Positions 23,727 through 36,330 of a DNA stretch of 64,000 nt are shown one piece after another. The stretch's first letter is position 1. Each line of letters opens with the position of its first letter. The DNA lies in the NCBI GenBank assembly GCA_950097015.1, contig CATNEN010000005.1:5642001-5706000 (forward strand). Reading direction: 5' to 3'. The position numbers and the translations under genes were made by a program. This DNA is from Macrostomum hystrix (taxonomy: Eukaryota > Animalia > Platyhelminthes). The notes under the pieces are model-generated. The model was not told the origin of the DNA. It worked only from the letters and a program-made list of their open reading frames with translations, and did no database searches.

Positions 23727-24685
23727 GCGGCATAGTTCCCACGGTACTTCTTCCGCGGCCCCATTGCTACCCTGGGGTACCACTGGTGCCCGGACAGGTG
23801 CGGATGAGGTGGGCGGGCCGGGGTTGGTTGTGATTCGCGCAGCTGCCGCGTGACTTCCGCGAGCTGCTGGGAAACTTTGGCCAGTTCCTGGGCCAAGTGC
23901 TGCTGCTCACGGCGGACGGCTTGAATCTCGCCGGGGGGTTCTTGCTCCTCGGCTAGCCCGGCCCTGACCTGGCGCACTCGGCGACGGGGGTCGCGCTCAG
24001 CGGCCATCTCGAATGCCTGGGTGGCGGCGCGCAGCTCAGCGGCAGCCGCCTCTACCGTGGCGAATTCTATCCGCATCATGGGCGCCAACACCTCCGGGGG
24101 GGCCGTGATACCTTCTAGGAAGGAGGCCAGGAGGGCTTGTTCAAAGGGTGGGCCGCGGCCATTGGGGTTGACCTGGGTGGCCACAGATCGCAGGCGGTCA
24201 GCGAACGAGGCGTATGACTCGCCTCTGTCCTGCTTAAGGTTGCGCCCGCTAAGGAGCCGGGCATAGGGTGTGCAGGCGCCGCTGAGGGCCTCGGTCAGGT
24301 CTTGCACAAACCGCGGGTAGGTCACTCGGCGCGGTAGGCTCATGGCCTGGGTCAAGGGTTCGCCCCCTAAGTGAGCCAGGAGGGTGAGGATTTTCTCCTC
24401 CTCCGTCTCAAGACCCTCGGCCTCGACCTTCAAATTAAACCTGCGCAGCCAGCGGGGAAAAGAGTCCTTCGCCGACTCGAACGGTTCTAAAGCAATTTTT
24501 ACTCGGTGGGTCCTAGCCCGTCGCGGCTCTAAACGCTCCATCAGGGAGGCTAAGCGCTCCACTGGGTCTGCCGGCTGGGCTGCCGCAGTTGCTGGGGGTT
24601 CGGCTCGCGCTGCCGCTGCAGCGCGGCCTCTCGGTGGGCGGGCACTGCCAACAACCTCCACCACCTCATCCTCCTGGTCAGACAT
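23612..24685 (-). CDS. gag: E3 Gag, 357 aa
   Basis: ATG at 24685 (MSDQEDEV...); FPRWLRRFNLKVEAEG...LKQDRGESYASFADRLR. Architecture parallels the E1 Gag. Confidence 0.85.
   Translation of the reverse strand: MSDQEDEVVEVVGSARPPRGRAAAAARAEPPATAAAQPADPVERLASLMERLEPRRARTHRVKIALEPFESAKDSFPRWLRRFNLKVEAEGLETEEEKILTLLAHLGGEPLTQAMSLPRRVTYPRFVQDLTEALSGACTPYARLLSGRNLKQDRGESYASFADRLRSVATQVNPNGRGPPFEQALLASFLEGITAPPEVLAPMMRIEFATVEAAAAELRAATQAFEMAAERDPRRRVRQVRAGLAEEQEPPGEIQAVRREQQHLAQELAKVSQQLAEVTRQLRESQPTPARPPHPHLSGHQWYPRVAMGPRKKYRGNYAAGNGSGAADWRQPDYPEAPQAARAIEAPPLMPPPSKPE
23680..23726 (-). other. -1 frameshift cassette: G_GGA_AAC, 7-nt spacer, H-type pseudoknot
   Basis: Stem 1 gggccgcc/ggcagccc (one mismatch); stem 2 ctgga/tccgg; short loops. 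Confidence 0.75.
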
Positions 24686-26017
24686 GTTGGCCACAGAGGG
24701 AATGAGGATTTTGCGAGTTAAGAGGGGGTTTGTCGCTAAAGCAACACTGGGGATGAGAAAAAGTGGGCTAAGCGGGGTGCTGCACACGGCAGTGGCCGCG
24801 GAGAATAAGCAATTGAAAAACCCGGCCCTAGCGAACAAAGACTGCGATGCAGCGGCCGACAAAGCGATAAATGAAAAACTGATAGGAGAGAGAAAGGGCC
24901 CGGGGCCCTGGCTAGCTCTACTTCCAGCCTTGGCTTCCGACAACTGCTTGCGCGCACTCGAACTTGGGACATAGGAATCTAGGTTTTAACTTAGCACTCA
25001 TTCAGCAACCCTATAGCGGACTGTTACACTACAGGTACGGCGGGGCCAGTACTACTGCAAGCTTGCGCCTGCAGCAGCCTATCGCCCTACCTTGGAAAGT
25101 ACACGACTTCAATAAGTTACTCAAGAAGGCTAATCCCCGATTCGCTCAGAGGGCCCTTCCCGGGGGGGTGGCCGGGGGCTTCGCCTCTGCGATTTACAAG
25201 GCTGGGAAGTCCAGGTATTTTACATCTGGAGCCTCGCTTCGGCTTAGGAGTCCGTAGGGCAAAAACCCGGTAACTGCGTTTAGACTACCCTTCAGAGAGC
25301 TTCTTAGAAAAGGTCGTGCCGACCGATTTCTAGCCCATCCCCAAGGTCGGCAGTTTCAGGGCGCCGGCACGGGCGTCCTTAGACTCCCTCAGGGTCCCGA
25401 CCCTTAACTATTCCGCCCCTAAGTTAGGCTTAGTCAAAGTTACGTGGCACCTTCAGAATCAGGAACATGAAAAACGGGCCTTGCGTGATGCCCAAGGAAA
25501 GGCTAACCCCCGATTCGCTCAGAGGGCCCTTCCTGGGGGGTGGCCAGGGGCTTCGCCTCTGCGATTTACAAGGCTGGGAAGTCCAGGTATTTCTCCTCTG
25601 GAGCCTCGCTTCGGCTTAGGGGTCCGTGGCTTAGAGCCCGGTTACTCCGTTTAGATTACCCTCGCCTAGAACAATCACGCAGGAAAACCCCGCAGACAGT
25701 CCCCGACTCCTGCAGTAGCCACATAACCCGAAGACACTCTAGCATGAAGTCCACTCACACAGCCTACTCATAGTAGAAAGTCACTAATCAGAATTTTTAG
25801 AAACTCTAACAAAGCCTTACATTAAAGTCCGAATCAAATTGAAACTGTTCAAAGAAAATTAATTGACAGTTACTCGGAACTGAAGTCCAGTCTCCAGAGA
25901 TAAGATTCCGGCATACGGATAATGAAATCTAGAAGGAGCCCTTACGGCTAGCTACTACAGAAATCTGCAGCGCTAAACTAACAATTGAAATTCAAGTTCG
26001 TTTCGCACCCTTTCTAG

Positions 26018-26037
26018 ATCCCACCTCGATGCCACCA
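26018..26037 (-). other. Primer-binding site resembling tRNA-Leu
   Basis: TGGTGGCATCGAGGTGGGAT, one nt after the LTR-terminal CA. It resembles the complement of the tRNA-Leu 3' end (TGGTGGCAGCGGTGGGATT) with about 2 extra nt. Confidence 0.6.
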
Positions 26038-26038
26038 T

Positions 26039-29000
26039 TGAAATAGCTGCGGGTTTGCAATCCGATGATCTGTCCTCGTGAAGGAAAGGAGTGTGGGAAT
26101 GGCGATAGAGTCGGAAGTCATACCGCAAAGGTTCGCGAGTTGCCGCGGAAAGAGGGATGAAGGGAGAGATGAAGGGAGAGACAGTGGATGCAAGGAGTGG
26201 TCCTCTCGGCCTCAGGCTGGCCAGTCCCACTCAACCCATAGGCCACAGACATGACTGCCGTGCCTACCCCAAGCAGTGCTCGAAACCGGCTAAAAGTCTA
26301 AATAGATGTCGGACTACCCGCAAGCGGATAGGACAGGGCTAGGTAGCCTACTGTCATCAGTAGCATGTTCGTAACTGACTCCTAAACTTGGTAGCAGTGG
26401 TCGACTCGGCCTAGGCTCTTGTCTTAGAAATGCGGAAAGGCTATCGGCAAAGCGGAAAATGATCTAGGGTAGCGCCACCACCCAATGCGCCTACGTTGCC
26501 ACCGCAGACATTTGGGAACTTGGGTCCCCGGAGCTCGCGGCTCCTAGTTTGTCACACAGATCTTAGACAAGCCGAAAAAAATAGAGCCTTCTGTAACTTC
26601 CGTTTTAGACTAGGGTGAAGACCCCAGAATGGATCGAGACACGCCTCACCAGGGGATTCCTGAATTTGCGCTACAGTGGTCTAGAAAGGTGGTACTCCGA
26701 ACCCGAAAGAGAAATCCATAGCCAGAATCCTACTCATGAAACATCAGACACATTCGGTACATTAGACTGCAGCCTACACATTAGATAACTAGCAATCCGG
26801 TCTGTGTGAGTTGAGGAAAACAGAGGCAGGAGAGGTTAAGCTGAACACTGGCTGAGTGATTATGCGAGCGTAAGATTAAAAGATCATCACCCCCCACTTC
26901 CCTGGCGGTGGAAGCGAGAGGGGGAACGGAAGGGAAACTCAATTGGCAGGGGAGCTTGACACGCATTCCCAGTTCCGCCAGGAAACGAGGAAAACCCGCC
27001 AGGGAATTCCCCACCCCTGGGCAGAAAGACAACACGTGCTACACTCCGCATTTTACTTGCAAATCCCTAGCTCCTTATTACTTTCATGCGCGCTCACAGT
27101 TATCCTCCTGCCGCAGCTTTCAGCTAGGCATCACCAGAGCCCATCCCCCTAATAAGTTAGCCACTCATGATCGAGGGCTGCCTAACGATAAAATAAAGAG
27201 AAAAGAATAGCATGATAAAAGGAATTAAGTTGTTATTAAATTGGCCTAATTATTAAAGATGGCAGTCGATTAATGAATGGTTTATTAGGCTACGACAATC
27301 CCGGCCCTTGCCCTTATTTCCCACTAGCTAAATAATAAATCCCTTAGGGATAGCAATAAAAGTCCGCTGCGCGGGTTACTTATCTGAATGCGCTGGTTGA
27401 CAGGCTGCAGGCCGTCGATCTCGCGGGGGAATGCAAATGAACGGGAGAAAAGGTGAGGAATTGCTGAGTACAGTTGGCAAGGGGCCAGACTGCAGGGAGC
27501 TCAAGGCTCAATTTGGAGCGCACCTAAAGAGGTGGCTTGCGCTTAAGGGCACTAGCAGGTAGTTGCCTGCTGCTATGATCTGGAGCCTTAGGCTCAGGGA
27601 CTAGGTGCTAGCCTAGAAGGGGGAGAGTCCACGGACCGAGTTCCGGGACCGGACAAGGGAAAAGGGTTGTAGGGGCGGGAGGAAGGTGCAAGGTTCGGGA
27701 AGCTTTTTTTCCTAGGGGCAGCGCAGCGCGCTTCCTTAAATAGTCCTGCAGCTCCGCCAACCTCGCATTCATCAAAATAACCCACATGCTCGCCAGCCTG
27801 TCAGCGAGGAATCGGGTCGGCATTATGCCACCCCAATTGCCCACTGAAGCGGCGGCGAGAATCGCCAGATGCCCCACTAGGAGCGTCTGCCGGCAGTCGG
27901 CCAATGATTGTGATCCCGCCGGGATATGGGAAGCGCAGGCGCCGACCTGCCTATAGTGTCGTTACATGTATCTAAAGGGGGAAAGGTCATAATCGAGCTT
28001 CGGCTCGGGTTACAGTAAAGAAGAGGGACATGAAGAATTAAAGCTCACTCTAAACGCATGAGTGATCCCGACAATCTGATTGCGGTTTGGAGGGGAATTA
28101 TAACCTAAACTAGTCCATACAGTATTTCTATGGCCGCGATCAGTCACTCCTACAGGGGACTAGACAGATCCGAGACAAAGGGAATCGGCGGCTACTTAAT
28201 TCACCTCCGCCCAGTGTCTGGCCCTAAGATTAATGATGGTGTTCTGCGGCCAGCTGCTATGTGGGTCGCGATTATTGACTTGCTAAAAATTGGAAAAATT
28301 AGGCTGGCTCACAACCCCACTCGATTCCGAAGTACACTCCACATCATACGCGCTATTGCTCTCATACGCGCTTACAATTGCCTTCCCGCCGCAGCTTTCA
28401 GCTCGGCTGTGCCAGAGCCCATTCCCCTAATAGATTAGCCGCTCATGGTAGAGGGCTGTCTAAGGTTAAAATAAAGGTGAAAAGGAGACATAATGAAAGA
28501 AATTAAATCGTTATAAAGTTAAGCCCGATAAGTTAAAAGTGCTTAGATTGGATAGTTTATTAGGCGAAACAATCTCTAGCTTCCCTCCCACTAAAATGCC
28601 GCCTAACTAATAGAAAGCCCCTTAGGAGCAATAATTGCAAACCGCTGCGCGGATTACTTATCTGGAGTCGCTTCGGCCGCGTGCTGCAATCCCGTTGTTC
28701 TCGGGGAAGAGGATGGGGTAAGATAGCAAAAGCCGGGAAGGGAAAGATGCTGCGAGTCGGCAAGGGGGCCAACACGCTTGGAGCTCAAGGCTCAATTTAG
28801 CAGCTCACCTAAAGAGGTGGCTCGCGCTCAGGGGGAATGGGGACAGGCAATGGGCCTGCGCTAGCTGTGGAGCTATGAGCTCTAGGGTCTATGCCCTAAA
28901 TGGGTCTGGGGGATAAGTCCTGGGTCCGGTGGGAGTCCGGCCCGGCAAAAGTAAATCCGGCAGGGGAGAAGGGGAAGAGCCGGTGGGAGAAAAGAGGTCC

Positions 29001-29636
29001 GGGTCCAAGAGGGAGCAGCGCCGCGCGCTTGCTTAAATAGGCTTTGCAGCACGCCAACCCCGACATCCATCAAAGCAACCCACATTCGCGCCAGCCTGTC
29101 ATCGAGGAATTGAAGCGGCGATTGCCGCCCCAATTGCCCAATGAACCGGCGGCGGGAAACGACAGATGTTCTGCGCGAACAGCCGTCGGCAGTCAGCCAG
29201 CGATTGTTACTCCGCCGGGACAATGGAAGCGCAGGCGCCAACCTGCCTACAGTGGTATTTGCATGTATCTAAAGGAAGGAGGTCATAAAGTGGAGCTGGG
29301 CTCGAATACTGTAAAGAAGCGGGGACATGAAGAATTTTACGATCACTCATAACGCGTGAGTGAGCCCCTATATCTGATCGCGGTTTGGAGGGGAAATATG
29401 ACCTAACTAGTTCATACAGTAACATTATGGCCGCGATCAGTCATTCCTACGGGGAGTCTAGACAACTCCGGAGAGAGAGGATTCGACAGCTACTTGCCGC
29501 CTCAAACCCGGCCCTAAGATTAATGATCTTGTTTTGTGGCCAGCTGCTATGTGGGTCGCAATTATTAGTTACTTAAAAATTCGAAAAATTATGCTGGCTC
29601 ACATTCCCACTCGATTCCCGCAGCACACTCCACATC
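26039..29636 (-). mobile_element. E3 5' LTR, 3.6 kb, with an internal ~1.29-kb duplication
   Basis: TGATGTGG...TTTCA on the minus strand. 28347-29636 repeats the adjacent ~27070-28346; homologous to the solo LTR. Confidence 0.75.
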
Positions 29637-30714
29637 ACGTGCACCAATCAAATTTGCAATGCGCTTTTTTATTAGTTATTTAGTTTTTTGTCTACGTTTA
29701 ACTAGTAATTACAGACTGCAGTCTTTTAGAGTTGGTGAGGGAACTGAAATTGAAGCCAAGCTGATTATGCTTGTGACTGATTAAAGCCTACGGCTGTTGT
29801 TCAACTGCTGGGCTGTTGTTTCGGGTCATAGTCACATAGAGGCTCTACCCGCACACCCGTAAAGCAGGTTGTTGTCGCCTGTAAACCCTCTTCGGAACTT
29901 AATCTCGTGGGCTTTGTCCACAGAAAAGTTAATGCATAGATTCAATCAAACAGTACATTTAGAAAATTAGCTGTTAATAGTTGGTCGCATCAAAAAGGAT
30001 GTCCAGGAAAGGGTTTTGCTTGTACGTTAGGTTCCCTTGTAGCACATTTTGGCACTTGGAAATAAGGCCAGGTCCATGCATAAGCACTTTTTAATATCAT
30101 GATATATTGTGATAAACTGGCGCGGAAGCCTAACGCAAGTGAGCATCATGGTAACACTTCCGAATGCATTTGCAAGATAGGCAAATGGAATATTTAAACA
30201 TTTCTTGCAAAGAAATTTATTTCTGTATTTTTAGCGTATACTTATTTCCGAAAACTGCACAATATGTTGTTAATATACATTCCGATGATAGAAACTTTAT
30301 TTGACACTACAAAAAATCAGCTTCTAAATAAATTATAAATTAAGCTATATATACATGTAGCTAGATAGCTATTTGTAGTCTTTAGTACATGTTGATGTTG
30401 ATGAATAAAAGTATAATTCAGTTAGTTTTCATTCCGCATTTTACTTTTTTTATTTTCGCATTCCGCGTTTTACTTTAATGTGCGGAATCCGCACTTCGTT
30501 CCGCAGTTTACCATTCCGCTGCGGATTCCGCGTTTTACCGTACTATTCCATTCCGATTCCGTTGCGGATTCCGCATTTTACCGGGTACCGATTAGTTAGC
30601 CCTACAACAACTTTGTTGGCATAATTAAGAGTTTAGTAAGAATTATAGAAAGAGCCCTAGGACAATTTTAAATATTAAAAAAATAACTCTGTAACAACTT
30701 TAGTGGCATTATTA

Positions 30715-31357
30715 GGGTAATGTATCATCAACCGAACAGTGTATCTTCAAAACCGAACAAGAATTTTGACTTCTTCCTTGGTCTTGTGCAAGACAGAAAC
30801 AAGCTATTGTGTTTCACAGAACAACTAATTTGAAAGTTGAAGAAATTATCTACAAGCTGAGGCATGATGTGCAATGAAGCATTAAGAGGAAAGAAAGATA
30901 TTGATGTTTCAGTAGAATTTTTTATTGCAAAAGCATACTTTTTAACAACATTTTTTCAGTATGTACTTTAGACTAAGATTGTATGTGGTTGCTTGCCAAT
31001 TAAATGACCATAAATGTAGTTATTTATAGAGCATGAAAAATGCTTTCAAATGACATAATTCATGATAGTTAACTCCTTAAAATAAGATTAAACCACTCAC
31101 TCAAATTTTAAAACCAAACATCAAATTCTCTGTTTGGTTTGAAGATACATGAAAATCATTGTTCGGTTTTAGAAAAAAAGCAGGAATAACTTTTTTTCTA
31201 TTTGATAAAATAGCAAAAGCAGATACTTTTTAGAAAGATGTAACTGTTTTCTATAACTTGGCTTTTGATTTATCATCATATCTTAAATAGAAAATCTGTA
31301 GCTTAGGTTTGAAGTTAAAAAAATACACATTCTTGTTTGGTTGATGATACATTACCC
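30715..31357. mobile_element. MITE with TA flanks (Tc1/mariner-like)
   Basis: TIR gggtaatgtatcatcaacc at both ends, flanked by TA. Confidence 0.75.
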
Positions 31358-33318
31358 TAGGATTAATAGTTTATTAAGAAGTTAGGCCTACAACAAGAAT
31401 GTCAATCTTTCTGTTATGCTGCTTAGTTTACATAAATTGATATCAGTAAAATTAGTATGTCTAGTAATATTATTCACAGTACATATAATATTAATGACAA
31501 CATTGTCATAAAGATTTTAACATAAAATAAAATAACAAGATATATTGAAATCATCATATTCATCATATTGGTTATACAAGACTTTCAGTTCTCCATAGAG
31601 ACAGGGTGATCCATAGTGATATATGGGCCATAGACAGAAAATATGCATACAGTTTTCAGCAATAAAACCTGAACTTACAATTCAACACTAGTAATGATGA
31701 GCAGAACCTCTCCTTTGTAGAAGATTGAGGGGCTAGAACTCCAATTATGCAAGTTTCATCAGTGGAATTCAATCAATCAATGCAATCAAGAGAAAACCAT
31801 GATCTTAAAATCAAGTGAACTAAAAATATTCTATTTGAGGACTATTATTCTTTATTTGTAAGCACATTCCTCTCTACAGTTTACACATAGTCAGATTCAG
31901 ATATATGAATTTTAATAATAATAAATTTGAACAGCCTGCGTCCCTTCCGCCAAAGTGTACATTGTTACTGATTAAGTTCAACTAACCCTCCTTAATATAC
32001 TCTCCTACATAAGTAGAAGACCACAGCATATTCCTGTAACGATGTTATTTTTATTTCGGCCTGTATAAATTCAGTTAAGGAATTTTGGTTATTTATTTTA
32101 TTTATTTGCTGTCTGTGTGTCGGCGTTATCTCGCAGATTTTTGTTACTTTATCTTTCGTAGAAAACTTTTTGAGAATTTATATATAATTTGAAAATTGAA
32201 ATGTCATTTTTGGATTTCAGAGTGCGCGTGGAGCTGGGAGTAGTAAAAGTAGTAAATCTAATTGTCGAACTAAAGACATTTCAAATAGCTACCTTGAATT
32301 TCAGACCAAGGGGCCGGGACCCTAGCTCTGCTGCCGACAAGCCGGTGACTTATAAGGATATTGCTGATTCGTATCTTCGTCTTGTGTTACTTCTGGAAAA
32401 CTCGTCTGCACACGAACTCTAGCTCGTCACATTCCTCTCTCCACAAGTCAGAGGTATGCAATTCAATATAAGGGGGTGAGTGGGTTACCGGCTAATGTCG
32501 CTGCCTCACTTTCGTATGGTCGCTGCTTCGTTCTTCCCTCCAAGTCACGATTATTTCGGGGCTTAGTTGGAGGTTTGTGAAGTTGACTTGCGGAGATGCA
32601 CCTTAATCTGTGCAACCAAAGGTAATTTAAAATTGCTTAACCCTGCCTTCTGCATGCCTGCTTGTTTGTGTTTGTGTTTGTGCGTTGAGCCGGGTGTGAG
32701 GCGTTGTATGGGTGTGGGGCGGGTGTGCTCCAATGTGTACTCTCGTCCCTACCCTTCAGGCATCTAAGTCCTCCCCTGGTTTAGTCTGCTATGTGCGTGT
32801 GCGGGCCTGGGGTGAGAGGCACTCCGGCTGCCGCTCCCTTCCCCGCTTGGCTTGCTGCTGCGTGTGAGGTTCCTGTGTCCAGGGGTCCAGATGGCGCGAT
32901 GGGCGACTCCCGCCTAGTTCGCCGGCCTGGGGCATGCCGTTTCTGTGTTTGTGCGTCAAGTGCCCCAGGCCCCCCTGCAAATAAGTAAAGTGAAATTCAA
33001 TAAATAAATTTTTATACCTTGCCTCTTCTCCTCTCCAACCAGTAAATACATATTTTTATTTGTAATAAATATCAGACCCCTCAATCTAGACTGACGACAT
33101 GCAACCATCCCCCAATACACTCCCGCAGTGGAAATCTGTTTAAACTTATTGATGGCATTTTTTATCTCCTTTGTGCAGTCTTGCCGATACATTGTACATT
33201 TAGTTGAAAACAGCTCAACAGTTGTCCAATTTTCTTCCACTATAGCATCCTTAAATTTCAGAATGAAAAAAAAAAATTATATCCTTCAAACTTCCAACAT
33301 TCACCACGGAACTGCAAA

Positions 33319-35249
33319 ATTTGACTGCTGCAATTTGACTTCCACCATTTGACTGCCAAATTTGACTGCCAGCCATTTGACTGCCACAATTTGACTGCGG
33401 GGTAATTTGACTGCCGAGCATTTGACCGCGGACAATTTGACTGCCACAATTTGACTGCCACAATTTGACTGCGGACAAATTTGACTGCCACAATTTGACT
33501 GCGGGGTAATTTGACTGCCGAGCATTTGACCGCGGACAATTTGACTGCCACAATTTGACTGCGGACAAATTTGACTGCCAGCCATTTGACTGCCACAATT
33601 TGACTGCGGACAAATTTGACTGCCAGCCATTTGACTGCCACAATTTGACTGCGGGGTAATTTGACTGCCGAGCATTTGACCGCGGACAATTTGACTGCCA
33701 CAATTTGACTGCCACAATTTGACTGCGGACAAATTTGACTGCCACAATTTGACTGCGGACAAATTTGACTGCCAAAATTTGACTGCGGACAAATTTGACT
33801 GCCAGCCATTTGACTGCCACAATTTGACTGCCACAATTTGACTGCGGACAAATTTGACTGCCAGCCATTTGACTGCCACAATTTGACTGCGGACAAATTT
33901 GACTGCCAGCCATTTGACTGCCACAATTTGACTGCGGACAAATTTGACTGCCAGCCATTTGACTGCCACAATTTGACTGCGGACAAATTTGACTGCCAGC
34001 CATTTGACTGCCACAATTTGACTGCGGACAAATTTGACTGCCAGCCATTTGACTGCCACAATTTGACTGCGGACAATTCCACACTTTTGGCTGCACGTTT
34101 ATTGACTGCCACTTCAATTGACAGTGGAAAAATTGCATTCGACTGCGGACAAGTACATGTATAGATTGATAGATTTTGCATGTACGCTCGCACATGTGTG
34201 TATAGTGTATACTAGCCGCCCTGAATATCAACGAATCTATATAATTTCAGCGTCACTCATGCATGATCCCGATCAATTTTTCCTGACCAAGTCTCCAGCC
34301 CCTTCGGCCATTGAGATATTTGGCAAAAACTGACTGAAGGTTGGTGTATGTCAGCAGTTTTTCGATTTTTTTTCTTCAGAAAAAAGAAAATATTGCAGAA
34401 AAATCGCTTTAATGGCTTTTAAAAGTTCTCTTCGCGTGTAAACAGCAGTGCCCCATTCTGCCATAGAGCCGACAGCTCAGTGGAGCAGGCTTACAAGCCA
34501 GCGCATTTGCCTCAATCTGTTTGAGTGTACACTCTAATCGGCATGGCAGTCACTGTGCTGCTACGCTCTCACCCAGCCCTTACCGAAACCAGGACAGTAT
34601 CCTGCACCTGTCCGTAAGACCCCCGCCAATAATTTCTAATTTCCCAAAAACATGTAAAACGCATTTCGTTTAGATGTTTAGTCGCAGAGCGGTTGAAACG
34701 AGGGTCACTTTAAACCCATTGCAAATTCCCATGGTTCCGTGAGGATAATTTCAATTGCAAACAATTGTCAACAGAGGATTTTCCTTCTCTCAGAGCTCGA
34801 AATTTCCTAGATAAAAATGACTATAACAAAGTGTGAGAGCAACCGTAAAACACTCATAATTGGTTGCTGAGGCACAATTTTTCAGTGACAAATTTATACT
34901 TATTTATCCGGAAAAAATAAATACCTATTGCGAAGCTTTCTGGTCGTGGAGATAGAATGTTATAATGAACGAATTTACCATTTATTCTGGTTCTGGAACT
35001 GGGGAATCAGATTGTGGCAGTCAAATTGCTGGCAGTCAAATTGCCCGCAGTCAAATGCTCGGCAGTCAAATTGCCCGCAGTCAAATGCTCGGCAGTCAAA
35101 TTGCCCGCAGTCAAATGCTCGGCAGTCAAATTGCCCGCAGTCAAATGCTCCGCAGTCAAATTGCCCGCAGTCAAATGCTCCGCAGTCAAATTGTCCGCAG
35201 TCAAATGCTCCGCAGTCAAATGGTGGAAGTCAAATGGCAGCAGTCAAAT
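33319..35249. repeat. Foldback-like element: inverted arrays of an ATTTGACTGC core
   Basis: Left array 33319-~34080 (degenerate to ~34150); right array ~35017-35249 in reverse. The outermost three units mirror each other. Confidence 0.8.
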
Positions 35250-36330
35250 GTCGGGCTCCCACTGCCCGACATTGCCCAGGCGTCGCAGTTATCTTGGTCG
35301 CATTTGAGGGGGAGCGTGCCTTGGCGGATGGCCCGAGCACAGGTGCGGCAGAGCGCCGGGTCCCCAGGTCGTCGCTCTGTGTCAGCGTTGGCAGGCGTCG
35401 GGCGATCCGCCCTTGTCCCTGCAGCCAGGTGATCTTGACAGCTGCTATTGCTAGGGGTTGTTGTATCCTGCAGGTGGCAGAAAATTTACAACAAAAAAAA
35501 TCGTTAGGGATAAGAGAGCAGACAGTTTTTTATTATACTTACATGTAGCAGCGATTAAACTGCTTCAGATGGTGTTTCTGGGAGCATTTTAACAAAAACA
35601 ATAACTTTTTTGGATTTAGACAAGGAACAAATCGAACAGATTTACATTTACACTGCACATTGACCCACACTGTACACTGACCCACACTGACCCACACTGC
35701 ACATTGACCCACGCTGACCCACACTGACCCACACGGGCCAATACTCGGGTGATCACTAGTGCCTGGGCAGCCATGTAATCGAGCCGCGCCGCGAGACGCA
35801 TTTTCATTGTTCTGCATCAGCTTGAGCAGCAGCAGAGTCTAGCTAGTTGGCGTCTTCGTTTAACTTTATTCAAGCACAGCTCACTAGATAATACAGGTAT
35901 ACGCACAAGCTTCAGCTAAAATATCGAGAATTTATTCCGATTTCTAATGGAAAAAACATTTCGAAAATCTGTTACACGATACGTAAGTTAATGTGAGTGT
36001 TTTTCTCCAAATAGTGCATCAAAATTGCATCAAGTAGTAATTTATGACAATTATTCATACAGTTAGGTTACCAAGGTGGCTTCCTTGCATGCTTAACACT
36101 TGGTGTAGGCGCTGATAAAAATATATTTAACTATTAGCAAGAAGCAATATTCACATTTTCGCATGACGTGGTTGAATCTTGTTTTTTAATTAGCAGTTGT
36201 GCTAATTAGCAGTTAGCAATTTGTGTCCTTTAGCAAGACACTTTGATTCTGCATTGCTTCAGTTCACCCAGCTGTAAAATGAGTACAATGGGGTAATTGA
36301 GGATGGGTGTGGCTGTCACGACCCAATATA

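Larger units (their letters stand above)
21628..29636 (-). mobile_element. Ty3/Gypsy-derived element E3: 5' LTR, PBS, gag, protease, accessory ORF; no RT, RNase H or integrase; 3' LTR missing
   Basis: LTR 29636-26039, PBS, gag 24685-23612, protease ending at 23181, ORF3 23049-22465. The lower boundary is approximate. Confidence 0.75.
16462..30589. mobile_element. Mutator-like (MULE) non-autonomous element, 14.1 kb, carrying nested LTR elements
   Basis: 191-bp TIRs at 16462-16652 and 30399-30589, apparently perfect, starting GGTACCCGGTAAAATGCGG. Exact 9-bp TSD gattagtta at 16453-16461 and 30590-30598. Confidence 0.92.

Noticed and set aside
29044-29352. ORF inside the LTR unit (MQHANPDIHQ...)
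   Set aside because: The copies near 13670 and 27750 change frame or stop, so there is no coding conservation.
20275-29636. One element bounded by TGATGTG...CACATCA
   Set aside because: No TSD (gagaa versus cgtgc); better read as LTR starts of two oppositely oriented elements.
34455-34510. tRNA-like 5' half gccgacagctcagtggagcag
   Set aside because: No B-box or cloverleaf.
33319-35249. CRISPR-like repeat/spacer pattern
   Set aside because: Core is 10 bp, linkers are 4-6 nt and reused, there are no cas genes, and the context is eukaryotic.
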